Assembly (NCBI GenBank): GCA_002342545.1
Contig: DDQE01000013.1
Coordinates: 46,891-97,978 of the forward strand
DNA: 51,088 nt
Source of the DNA: Bacillales bacterium UBA2450
Lineage (GTDB): Bacteria > Bacillota_I > Bacilli_A > RFN20 > CAG-826
Direction of reading: 5' to 3'
Positions 1-8,714 of the stretch are shown here, in pieces. The translations under genes were made by a program, and so were the position numbers. Below the pieces are notes generated by a model. It was not told the DNA's origin. It worked only from the letters and a program-made list of their open reading frames with translations, and did not search any database. Position 1 is the first letter of the stretch; each line of letters opens with the position of its first letter.

Positions 1-278
1 CCTAATTGGTAAGAACCCATTTCATCGCCTCTTAATTCCGCGGACACGTAATGTGGAACGGTATTGGCTTTCTTTGCAATGCCTTTTTCTGCTTTGTTAG
101 CACGAGATTCTTTCTTTTCTTCGTAGCCAACTTGGACAGCGACATAGCCATCTTTCTCTAAGGTTTTAACTTGTGTAACAACGTTTGGTAAGACTTCAAC
201 GACTGTCACTGGGTATAAGGTACCATCTTCAGCAAAGACAGAAGTCATGCCCATTTTACGACCTAAAATTGCTTTCAT
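1..278 (-). CDS. rplC: 50S ribosomal protein L3 (N-terminal ~92 aa; continues past window start)
   Basis: Reverse translation from the ATG at 278-276 gives [29 protein letters not shown]..., a typical L3 N-terminus. An SD-like AGGAGG lies just upstream. It follows rpsJ directly, as in S10 operons. It is absent from the ORF track because it is truncated. Confidence 0.9.
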   Translation of the reverse strand, partial: MKAILGRKMGMTSVFAEDGTLYPVTVVEVLPNVVTQVKTLEKDGYVAVQVGYEEKKESRANKAEKGIAKKANTVPHYVSAELRGDEMGSYQL

Positions 279-292
279 TTCGTCTTACCTCC

Positions 293-604
293 TTAAAGTT
301 TAATTTCGATATCTACTCCTGAAGGTAAGTCTAAGTTCTTGAGAGCTTCAAGAGTTTCCTTCTTTGGATTTGTAATATCGATAATTCTTTTGTGTGTTCT
401 AATTTCGAATTGTTCACGAGAATCTTTGTACTTGTGAACCGCTCTTAAAATGGTAAACACTTGTTTTTCCGTTGGTAGTGGGATAGGGCCAACAACGGTC
501 GCCCCAGAGTTCTTCGCTACTTGAACGATTCTCTCAGCAGATAAATCAAGGTTAACGTGATCATAAGCTTTGAGACGAACTCTAATCTTAGTAGTTTTTG
601 CCAT
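293..604 (-). CDS. rpsJ: 30S ribosomal protein S10
   Basis: [20 protein letters not shown]...[10 protein letters not shown] is full-length S10 (103 aa). The start was moved from the track ORF start (715) to the ATG at 604-602, which has AGGAGGA 7 nt upstream (611-617). Confidence 0.95.
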   Translation of the reverse strand: MAKTTKIRVRLKAYDHVNLDLSAERIVQVAKNSGATVVGPIPLPTEKQVFTILRAVHKYKDSREQFEIRTHKRIIDITNPKKETLEALKNLDLPSGVDIEIKL

Positions 605-735
605 GAAATTTCCTCCTATATCACTTTCAGGCTTTGACCTCACTCTCTCAGTACGAATTCCCAGATACACCTTCATGACAACGCCTGTGGGTGTGTCCGC
701 AACCTCGCACGTCAACGCGAGCAGTCAACGTTCAA
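605..735 (-). promoter_or_regulatory. GC-rich, hairpin-rich 5' leader of rpsJ (candidate structured leader)
   Basis: This stretch is roughly 50 percent GC in a ~30 percent GC genome. On the minus strand there is a CTCGC-GTTGACGT-GCGAG hairpin and ACACC...GGTGT pairing. It lies between the candidate promoter and the rpsJ SD. Confidence 0.3.
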
Positions 736-765
736 ATACTACTCTTATGCGTATGTATGTGTCAA
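736..765 (-). promoter_or_regulatory. candidate sigma-70 promoter of the S10 operon
   Basis: On the minus strand: TTGACA (765-760), an 18-nt spacer, then TAGTAT (741-736). Confidence 0.3.
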
Positions 766-908
766 TAATTTATTTATAAATATTTTTAATAGATAAAAGC
801 ACGTCTGGAAAAAGTACAAAAAAATATCAAATTTTTACGCCAAATATGATTTTAGATGGCTCATTTTTGATATTTTGACTCTTAATTTTAGGACACCAAA
901 TGGGAATC

Positions 909-929
909 CTCGGTTGTTCAACTGCCGAG
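909..929 (+). repeat. IS left-end subterminal hairpin
   Basis: CTCGGTTGTTCAACTGCCGAG has a CTCGG/CCGAG stem. It matches the right-end copy at 18 of 21 positions. Confidence 0.6.
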
Positions 930-1006
930 ATGAAAATGAGCCTTAATCAATAAGAGCATCATCCTCACCATATGTGATGTAAATATGTGGAAATAATATA
1001 AATATT

Positions 1007-1027
1007 AAGTGGTATTAATACCACCTT
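1007..1027 (+). promoter_or_regulatory. near-perfect 20-nt palindrome plus T-run upstream of tnpA (terminator-like insulator or operator)
   Basis: AAGTGGTATTAATACCACCTT is followed by TTTTT. It lies 30 nt before the tnpA ATG. Confidence 0.35.
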
Positions 1028-1057
1028 TTTGATATACTATATGTAGAGGATATAGAT

Positions 1058-1462
1058 ATGGGTAAGTTGAGGCATGGACGAACATGTGTTTTTAACATTA
1101 ACTATCATATTGTTTGGTCTACTAAATATCGAAGGAAAGCATTAAACACTGATATTGAAAGAAGATTAAAAGAAATATTAATTGATGTTGGTAAACAAAA
1201 AGGATTTGAAATCGCAGAGATTGAAGTAATAACAAAAGACCATGTTCATGTATTTGTCTCCGCTATACCGAAAATATCAATCTCTTATATCGCTAAGATG
1301 ATGAAAGGAATATCGGGAAGATTATTATTAAAAGAATTTCCTGAATTATCTAAGGATCTATGGAATGGAGAGCTATGGAATCCTTCATATTACGTAGAAA
1401 CAATTGGATCAGTATCTATAGAAGCAATTAGAGAATATATTCAAAATCAAGAAAAGGAGTAA
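1058..1462 (+). CDS. tnpA: IS200/IS605 Y1 (HUH) transposase TnpA
   Basis: 134 aa. It has the HUH motif DHVHVFVSA and the C-terminal WNPSYYVETIG block carrying the catalytic Tyr. AGAGGA SD lies 6 nt upstream. Confidence 0.9.
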   Translation: MGKLRHGRTCVFNINYHIVWSTKYRRKALNTDIERRLKEILIDVGKQKGFEIAEIEVITKDHVHVFVSAIPKISISYIAKMMKGISGRLLLKEFPELSKDLWNGELWNPSYYVETIGSVSIEAIREYIQNQEKE

Positions 1463-1464
1463 AG

Positions 1465-2910
1465 ATGTTACTAACTTACCAATTTGAACTAAATGTAGAT
1501 GAAAAGACATCCATAATTCTGGGTCATCTTTGCTACGCTGCTAGTAAGTTGTTTAATGTTGGTAATTATGAAAGAAAAGAATATAAGTCTTTGGGATTTG
1601 AGAAGATGCCTGATTGGTATAGTCAAAAGAAAAGATTGAAAGATAATATCTGGTACAAGTCTTTACCTAGTCAAACTAGTCAAGATGTTCTTGCTAGACT
1701 TAATGAAGCTTGGAAGAGCTATTTTGCTCTTAAAAATAGATATGAATATAGGAAAGAGAAAGGACACTTAAAAGAATATGAAGGAGAACCACAGTCACCT
1801 TATTATAAGAAAGATGGCTCACACACAAACTTTAAATACCTTCAGAATTCTATTAAGGTTATTGATAATCAAATCCGCTTTTCTATTCCTAAAAGGCTTA
1901 AAGAACACCTAGAAGAAAAATATAACATAAAGAAAGACTTCTTCTATATTCCGCTAAAAAGAAATTTCTCTATTATTAAACAAGTTGAATTCGCATATAT
2001 GGATAAGAATAAATATAAAGTCTACATCATCTATGAAGAAGACACTAAACCATTAAAAGAAGATAATAAGCATTATATAAGTATTGATATTGGTACAAAG
2101 AACCTGTTAACAGTCTATGACAATAACGGATCTTCATTTATTGTCTCAGGTCAATCTTTGTTAAACACCAATTACTATTTTTCTAAAAAGATTGCTTATT
2201 ATCAGTCAAAGTTTGATAAATGTTATCCAAATCATAAGAAAGGAGTCTCTACTAATAGGATTAAACATTTATACGAGCTTAAGAATAAGAGGATTAATCT
2301 CATCCTCCATCGTGCATCTAGATATATTGTTAACTACTGCAATAACCACGATATCTCTAAGGTGATCGTTGGAGATGTAACTGGTATTCTTCATCAAAAG
2401 AAAGAGTTTAATTCTAACAAAGATAAGCGTCGATATAACCAAAATATGAGAGCTATATGTTTTGCTAGAATCTATGAATATCTTTCTTATAAGTTGAAAC
2501 AAGTTGGAATTGAACTAGTTATCATCGATGAAGCATATTCTTCAGGATGTTCTCCTAAATCATTAACTGTATCAAAAGATTATTATGATAAAACAAAAAG
2601 AAAACATCGTGGTTTATTTGTAGACGGCAATGATATCTATAACGCTGATGTAGTTGGAGCCTATAACATCATGAGATTATTTCGACAAGAAGCTCGTTAT
2701 TATTTCCCAATACCTCTAAAAGGATTATCTAATCCAACTAAAGAATATATTCCTGTAACAGATCAGTTTTTAAATGAAGATTATATTAATTGGAATGGAA
2801 AAGCTGCTAACGTAGGGATATCGGGTAGGAACTACCCAGATGGATATGAATTGGTTAACTTGATTAATCAATCCGTAACCCAGATGCTCGATTATTCAAT
2901 TGCCGAGTAG
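1465..2910 (+). CDS. tnpB: TnpB (IS605 OrfB) RNA-guided nuclease family protein
   Basis: 481 aa. RuvC-I is ISIDIGTKN. The C-terminal block ...IIDEAYSSGCSP...RGLFVDGNDIYNADVVGAYNI carries RuvC-III. It lies immediately downstream of tnpA. Confidence 0.9.
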   Translation: MLLTYQFELNVDEKTSIILGHLCYAASKLFNVGNYERKEYKSLGFEKMPDWYSQKKRLKDNIWYKSLPSQTSQDVLARLNEAWKSYFALKNRYEYRKEKGHLKEYEGEPQSPYYKKDGSHTNFKYLQNSIKVIDNQIRFSIPKRLKEHLEEKYNIKKDFFYIPLKRNFSIIKQVEFAYMDKNKYKVYIIYEEDTKPLKEDNKHYISIDIGTKNLLTVYDNNGSSFIVSGQSLLNTNYYFSKKIAYYQSKFDKCYPNHKKGVSTNRIKHLYELKNKRINLILHRASRYIVNYCNNHDISKVIVGDVTGILHQKKEFNSNKDKRRYNQNMRAICFARIYEYLSYKLKQVGIELVIIDEAYSSGCSPKSLTVSKDYYDKTKRKHRGLFVDGNDIYNADVVGAYNIMRLFRQEARYYFPIPLKGLSNPTKEYIPVTDQFLNEDYINWNGKAANVGISGRNYPDGYELVNLINQSVTQMLDYSIAE

Positions 2911-2930
2911 GTTCACTTACTTTTTGACTT
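2740..2930 (+). ncRNA. candidate omega (re)RNA of TnpB; ends undetermined
   Basis: The 3' end of the tnpB ORF holds local GC-rich structure: GGGTAG-GAA-CTACCC (2823-2837), the palindrome TTGATTAATCAA (2860-2871) and the right-end hairpin (2887-2907). The placement is by analogy with characterised TnpB guide RNAs that overlap the tnpB 3' end and read across the right end. Confidence 0.35.
2887..2907 (+). repeat. IS right-end subterminal hairpin
   Basis: CTCGATTATTCAATTGCCGAG, the partner of 909-929. Confidence 0.6.
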
Positions 2931-3554
2931 TAGCTTCTTTTGGTATGCTTCATAAGAGTATTTGCAGCCGCAATACTCCTGAAAATACATCTCATGTTCT
3001 TTAATAATTATCAGAGATTTTTCATAGCCATCATTTTTCTTAAAATCAGCATATAACCATTTAGTTGTAGGGTATTCTAATTGTAATTTTTCACCTATTT
3101 TATTAATATCTTGAGCATTTTTGTATCTCGAGATTGTCATCACTGTTCCATAGTAATCAAAATAATATTTACTAGCGTATTCAAAACCTTCTTTTAAACG
3201 CTTATTAAAGCAGATTCGACATCTTTCATGACCTTCTTTATCATCTTTATGAGGTTCTAAATCTAAATTATATGTTTCATTATCATATTTGGTCTCAATA
3301 ACTTTAATATTTGCTCCAATTTCTTTGATATAGTTCTTGAGTTCTTCTAGTCTACGATCATGTTCTTGTTTAGGATAGATGTTAGAATTGTTATATAGGA
3401 TCGTGATATCAAAATAGTCCTTGAGTAATTCATAAGGAATAGTAAAACAAGGACCACAACAAGCATGTAACAAAAGAGTGGCCTTTTTACCACTATTTTT
3501 TATATTTTCTACTTCAATTTCGAACTTTTTTTGAAAATTTATTCTATTTTCCAT
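2913..3554 (-). CDS. queH: epoxyqueuosine reductase QueH (DUF208 type)
   Basis: 213 aa with the Cys motifs HACCGPC, ERCRICF and YCGCKYS typical of QueH. It overlaps the queA stop by 11 nt. Confidence 0.85.
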   Translation of the reverse strand: MENRINFQKKFEIEVENIKNSGKKATLLLHACCGPCFTIPYELLKDYFDITILYNNSNIYPKQEHDRRLEELKNYIKEIGANIKVIETKYDNETYNLDLEPHKDDKEGHERCRICFNKRLKEGFEYASKYYFDYYGTVMTISRYKNAQDINKIGEKLQLEYPTTKWLYADFKKNDGYEKSLIIIKEHEMYFQEYCGCKYSYEAYQKKLKSKSK

Positions 3555-4574
3555 AAATGATCATCGAGTCGCCAAAGGAGAAAAATCTATATCTTTCATC
3601 AACAGCGTGCTTATAAACTTCAAGTGTAAATTCTCTTCCTAAAAATGCTGAAACAAGCATAATCAAAGTCGATTTTGGAAGATGAAAATTCGTAATAATA
3701 CAATCAACAGCTTTAAATTCATAGCCAGGTTTAATAAAGATATTAGTTTCCTTTTTAATCGGAGTAAATTTGCCAAATTCTTGCATATTTGCTTCTAGTG
3801 TTCTAACCGAAGTTGTCCCAATGGCTATAATTCTTCTTTTTTCTTCTTTAGCCTTGTTTAAAATTTCACAAGCTTCACTAGTAATTTCATATAGTTCGCT
3901 GTGCATGACATGATTATCAGTATCTTCAACTTTTACTGGCCTAAAAGTACCAAGTCCAATATGTAGTGTAATGTCTACAACAGTTATTCCCTTAGCTTTT
4001 ATCTTATCAAATAGCTCTTCTGTAAAGTGAAATCCAGCAGTAGGAGCTGCTGCACTACCTTCATATTTTGCATAGACTGTTTGATATCTATCATTAGTGC
4101 ATAATTGTTCTTTAATATATGGAGGAAGAGGCATCTTGCCTAAAGAATCGAGTACTTCTAGAAATATTCCTTTATAGTAGAACTTCACTAAGCGTAGTCC
4201 TTCTTCTTTTTCTTTGACTACTTCACCAATTAATTTACCTTCTCCGAAATTAATTTTTGCACCAACCTTTAATGATTTAGCGGGTTTGGTGAGACATTCC
4301 CAGATATCATCCTCAACTTGTTTAAGTAAAAGAAGTTCACAGTGCGCTCCTGTAATTTCTTTAATTCCGATAAGTCTAGCAGGGATAACTTTAGTATTGT
4401 TTCTAACTAAAACATCTCCTGGTCTTAAATATTCAATGATGTCATAAAAATGTCTATCTTCATAAGTTTTAGCGTCTTTATTAATTGCTAATAAACGAGA
4501 ATGATCCCTTTTATCACTTGGTTTTTGGGCGATTAGTTCTTCAGGCAAATAAAAATCAAATAGATTAATATCCA

Positions 4575-4575
<1 letters not shown>
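3544..4575 (-). CDS. queA: S-adenosylmethionine:tRNA ribosyltransferase-isomerase
   Basis: [29 protein letters not shown]... with full-length QueA similarity (343 aa). Confidence 0.95.
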
Positions 4576-5708
<1,133 letters not shown>

Positions 5709-6608
5709 TTATAATTTAATAATTTTAGAAATATCTAAAACGGAAATATTTTTTGGTAATCTTTTTTCAATTGTATTAGTAAACACTAAATCTTTAAGAT
5801 GTGATTCTAAAAGTGTATGGATGCTCTTATTTGATAAAACTGCATGACTAGCGCCAACTAAAACGCCTTTAGCACCATGCTCTAAAAGCAAATTAGAAGC
5901 AGAAATAATTGTTCCGCCTGTATCGATAATATCATCAAGAATAATACAGATTTTGTCTTTAACATCATCTTCAAAAGCTAAATGCTCAGCATAATTTGGG
6001 GCAGTTCTTATTTTACTTAAGATAACTTTCCTGGTTCCTGGTAACTCTTTAACTAAAGCATCTGCTCTATTATTTGCTCCGTGATCTGGAGAAACAACCA
6101 CAACATCTTTAATATCAATACGTTCTTTTTTTAAATAATCTTTGTAGTACTTTGCAAATAAACTAGTAGTTGGTAAAGATGTGAATTTAGTTTTAAAGAA
6201 TTTTTCAATATCAGGATGATGTAAATCGAAGGTTAATATTTCATCGACTTTAGCAGTATCTAAAATCTTTGCCACCACTTCACATGAGATTGGTTCATTA
6301 ATCCAAGACACTCTTTCTTGTCTAGAGTATCCAAAATAAGGAATATAGAGTCTGATACTCTTAGATCCAGTTCTTTTTATAGAGTCAACCAAGAGCAAAA
6401 GTTCAAATAATCTTTCATGAGCTTTAATCGCTGTACTTTCAAAGATGATAACGTCTTTATCTTTGCAATTAGTAAGGGTCTTAACAAGTACTTCTCCATC
6501 CTTAAAATGATCAATTGAAATTTCCCCTAACTCAGCGCCATATTTTTTAGCAATTCGCTTTGCAAGTTTTCTATTAGACAACAATGAAAATATCACTAGA
6601 TTGCTCAT
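5709..6608 (-). CDS. prs: ribose-phosphate pyrophosphokinase
   Basis: 299 aa. It has FKDGEV, the YFGYSRQERV pattern and the PRPP loop ILDDIIDTGGT. Confidence 0.9.
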   Translation of the reverse strand: MSNLVIFSLLSNRKLAKRIAKKYGAELGEISIDHFKDGEVLVKTLTNCKDKDVIIFESTAIKAHERLFELLLLVDSIKRTGSKSIRLYIPYFGYSRQERVSWINEPISCEVVAKILDTAKVDEILTFDLHHPDIEKFFKTKFTSLPTTSLFAKYYKDYLKKERIDIKDVVVVSPDHGANNRADALVKELPGTRKVILSKIRTAPNYAEHLAFEDDVKDKICIILDDIIDTGGTIISASNLLLEHGAKGVLVGASHAVLSNKSIHTLLESHLKDLVFTNTIEKRLPKNISVLDISKIIKL

Positions 6609-6609
6609 A

Positions 6610-7179
6610 TTAAAGATAGTATTTGCAGGTCATTAAGACCATCTCCTTATTAACAGAAAATTCGTTTTTTATACGCTTTTTGTCAAAAATAATGCCTTTT
6701 TGTTTATAATATTCAGCTAATTCATGAGTAAAGAACCACTCTCTCATCTTAAATTTAGTGAAGTCATTTTTTGGATCGTATTTTTCACAATATTCACTAA
6801 CATAATATAGAGTGTCATTAACTAACATCCATTTGTCTAGTGAGAAGTCTAAATTAAGTCCAGCAGCTCTGGCCATATAGGAATTTTTAAAAATTTGTTT
6901 ATAGATATTTTCATTAAAGTCATTATCCAAAATATAGTCGCTAATAAGCACTCCATCAAGCCACTGAAAAGCCACATAACCATTCTTTTTATCCATTAAT
7001 TTAATTTTAGGAGTACAGATATTGGATTTATGAAGTTTTTTAAGCATATCAAGACTAATTGATCCTGGTTCATATTTCTTTATAAAATATGTCTCGTTTT
7101 TGAATTCAGCTTTAAAAGTATCGTTAGATAAGATCTCAACAACTTCAAATTCTTTACGTTTTATTCTCAAATTTTCCAT
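6610..7179 (-). CDS. hypothetical protein, possibly a degenerate protein-kinase-like fold
   Basis: 189 aa and the first gene of the prs-tgt-queA-queH run. It has an N-lobe-like FEVVEIL...YFIKKY and a LNLDFSLDKWML segment in place of a catalytic loop. The assignment is weak. Confidence 0.6.
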   Translation of the reverse strand: MENLRIKRKEFEVVEILSNDTFKAEFKNETYFIKKYEPGSISLDMLKKLHKSNICTPKIKLMDKKNGYVAFQWLDGVLISDYILDNDFNENIYKQIFKNSYMARAAGLNLDFSLDKWMLVNDTLYYVSEYCEKYDPKNDFTKFKMREWFFTHELAEYYKQKGIIFDKKRIKNEFSVNKEMVLMTCKYYL

Positions 7180-7186
7180 CTGTGTT

Positions 7187-7192
7187 ATTATA
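7187..7192 (-). promoter_or_regulatory. -10 box (TATAAT) placed for a leaderless transcript of the 7179 operon
   Basis: TATAAT on the minus strand ends 7 nt before the ATG at 7179. There is no SD in between. Confidence 0.45.
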
Positions 7193-7308
7193 CATTATTT
7201 ATTTAGATAAATATAGATAGCAAAATTATATGTATCATTTTTTGTGATAGTAGGTTATTCCAATAAATTTATAATTTTTTGTTATTATTGGGGATTATTT
7301 ATAATCTT

Positions 7309-7317
7309 TGTTATAAT
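7309..7317 (+). promoter_or_regulatory. extended -10 promoter (TGtTATAAT) for pepT
   Basis: TGTTATAAT at 7309-7317. The SD AAAGGTGAG and the ATG at 7344 lie downstream. Confidence 0.45.
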
Positions 7318-7343
7318 AGAGAAGTGACAAAAAAGGTGAGATT

Positions 7344-8537
7344 ATGACTAGTTTAGAAAGATTTATTAGATATGTAAAAATTGACACTCAAGCGAGTGAT
7401 AAAACGGGAACTACTCCTAGTACTGAAAAACAAAAAAATCTTGGAGCGCTTTTAGTAAAAGAATTATTAGAACTCGGTTTAGAAGATGCTCATATGGATG
7501 AATTTGGTGTCGTTTACGGACATCTACCAGGAAAAGGAACAAGAATTGGCTTAAATGCCCATATGGATACAGCATTAGAAGTCACTGATGAAAACGTTAA
7601 GCCTCATCTCATTAAAGAATACAAAGGTGGCACGATTAAATTAGCAAATGGACTAGAAATGTCACCAAGCCAATTTCCTATTTTAAGAAAACATGTTGGT
7701 CATGATTTAGTAGTGACCGATGGAAACACCCTTTTAGGCGCTGATGACAAGGCTGGAATTGCCATTATCATGTCTGCACTACAATATTTCAAAGATAATC
7801 CAAAAGTTGCTCATAACACCATTTGTGTAGCGTTTACAGTCGATGAAGAGATTGGAGAAGGACCAAAACATTTTAATTACAAGGAATTTAATGCTAAATA
7901 TGCTTATACAATTGATGGAAGCGATATAAATGTCGTAGAAGCTGAAAACTTTAACGCATACGCTGCAAGCGTTGATATTGTGGGCGTATCCATACACCCA
8001 GGCGAGGCAAAAGGAAAATTAATCAATGCTTTACTATTAGCAAAAGAATTAATTGCTTCTCTTCCAGAAAAAGAAACTCCATTTGATAGCGAAGGAAAAC
8101 AAGGTTATTGGCATATCAATGAAATTGTTGGAGATTCTGAACACGCGACAATGCACTTTATATTAAGAGATTTTGATGATGACGGAATCAAAAGTCGAAT
8201 CGAAACAGTTAAAAAAGCTGTTAAAACATTACAAGATAAATATCCAACCGCTAAAATTGAAGTTAACTTTAAAGAGCAATATCGCAACATGAAAAAATAT
8301 GTCGCTAAAAAGCCAATTGCCCTAAAAAGAGTTAGATCAATAATGCGTAAAAATGGCATCGAACCAATTAGTGGAGCAATTAGAGGCGGAACAGATGGAG
8401 CAACCTTCTCTAGAAACGGATTAATTACCCCAAATTTAGGCACTGGAAGCTACAATCATCATGGACGATACGAATTCCTAGATTTATATGAATTTAACAA
8501 GATGATATCAGTAGTTATCGGCTTAATGAAAAAATAG
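7344..8537 (+). CDS. pepT: peptidase T (tripeptide aminopeptidase, M20B)
   Basis: 397 aa with the N-terminus LERFIRYVKIDTQS-type block and the HMDT, GADDKAG and DEEIG metal-ligand motifs. Confidence 0.9.
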   Translation: MTSLERFIRYVKIDTQASDKTGTTPSTEKQKNLGALLVKELLELGLEDAHMDEFGVVYGHLPGKGTRIGLNAHMDTALEVTDENVKPHLIKEYKGGTIKLANGLEMSPSQFPILRKHVGHDLVVTDGNTLLGADDKAGIAIIMSALQYFKDNPKVAHNTICVAFTVDEEIGEGPKHFNYKEFNAKYAYTIDGSDINVVEAENFNAYAASVDIVGVSIHPGEAKGKLINALLLAKELIASLPEKETPFDSEGKQGYWHINEIVGDSEHATMHFILRDFDDDGIKSRIETVKKAVKTLQDKYPTAKIEVNFKEQYRNMKKYVAKKPIALKRVRSIMRKNGIEPISGAIRGGTDGATFSRNGLITPNLGTGSYNHHGRYEFLDLYEFNKMISVVIGLMKK

Positions 8538-8582
8538 ATTATTTAAATTTATTTAAACTACAAGTCTTTAATAGACAAAAAT

Positions 8583-8642
8583 AAAGCACAAAAACGTTAA
8601 TTTTAGACAGTGTCCTAATTTTAACAAAAATGTGCTTTTTTT
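8583..8642 (+). terminator. possible pepT terminator (long-loop hairpin plus T-run)
   Basis: AAAGCACA (8583-8590) pairs with TGTGCTTT (8631-8638) and is followed by TTTT. The 40-nt loop makes this uncertain. Confidence 0.3.
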
Positions 8643-8714
8643 AGTTGCTAATATTTCATATTTTGATATGCTTTTCTCAAGCGCTAAAACAATTAGTGGG
8701 AAAGAGGAAAAAAC

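Larger units (their letters stand above)
880..2930 (+). mobile_element. IS200/IS605-family insertion sequence (tnpA + tnpB); ends approximate
   Basis: A Y1 HUH transposase gene is followed 3 nt later by tnpB. Near-identical 21-nt subterminal hairpins (18/21 nt) sit at 909-929 and 2887-2907. Exact cleavage sites cannot be set by eye. Confidence 0.8.

Noticed and set aside
570-779. A plus-strand 69-aa ORF, and the 37-codon N-terminal extension of the rpsJ ORF (605-715).
   Set aside because: Full-length S10 begins at the ATG at 604, which has a proper SD. The extension and the antisense ORF lie in the GC-rich leader and resemble no known protein. I treat the region as non-coding leader.
873-2929. 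The 8-nt direct repeat TTTTGACT at 873-880 and 2922-2929, flanking the IS like a target-site duplication.
   Set aside because: IS200/IS605 elements insert without target duplication, and an 8-mer of this composition is not very improbable in AT-rich flanks. The TTGAC inside it could relate to the target/TAM or right-end cleavage site, but that cannot be decided from one copy.
8538-8714. I looked for NrdR boxes or another palindromic operator upstream of nrdD.
   Set aside because: Only the distant pair AAAGCACA/TGTGCTTT is present, and it is more simply read as a pepT terminator stem. There are no paired 16-bp NrdR-type palindromes that I can see.
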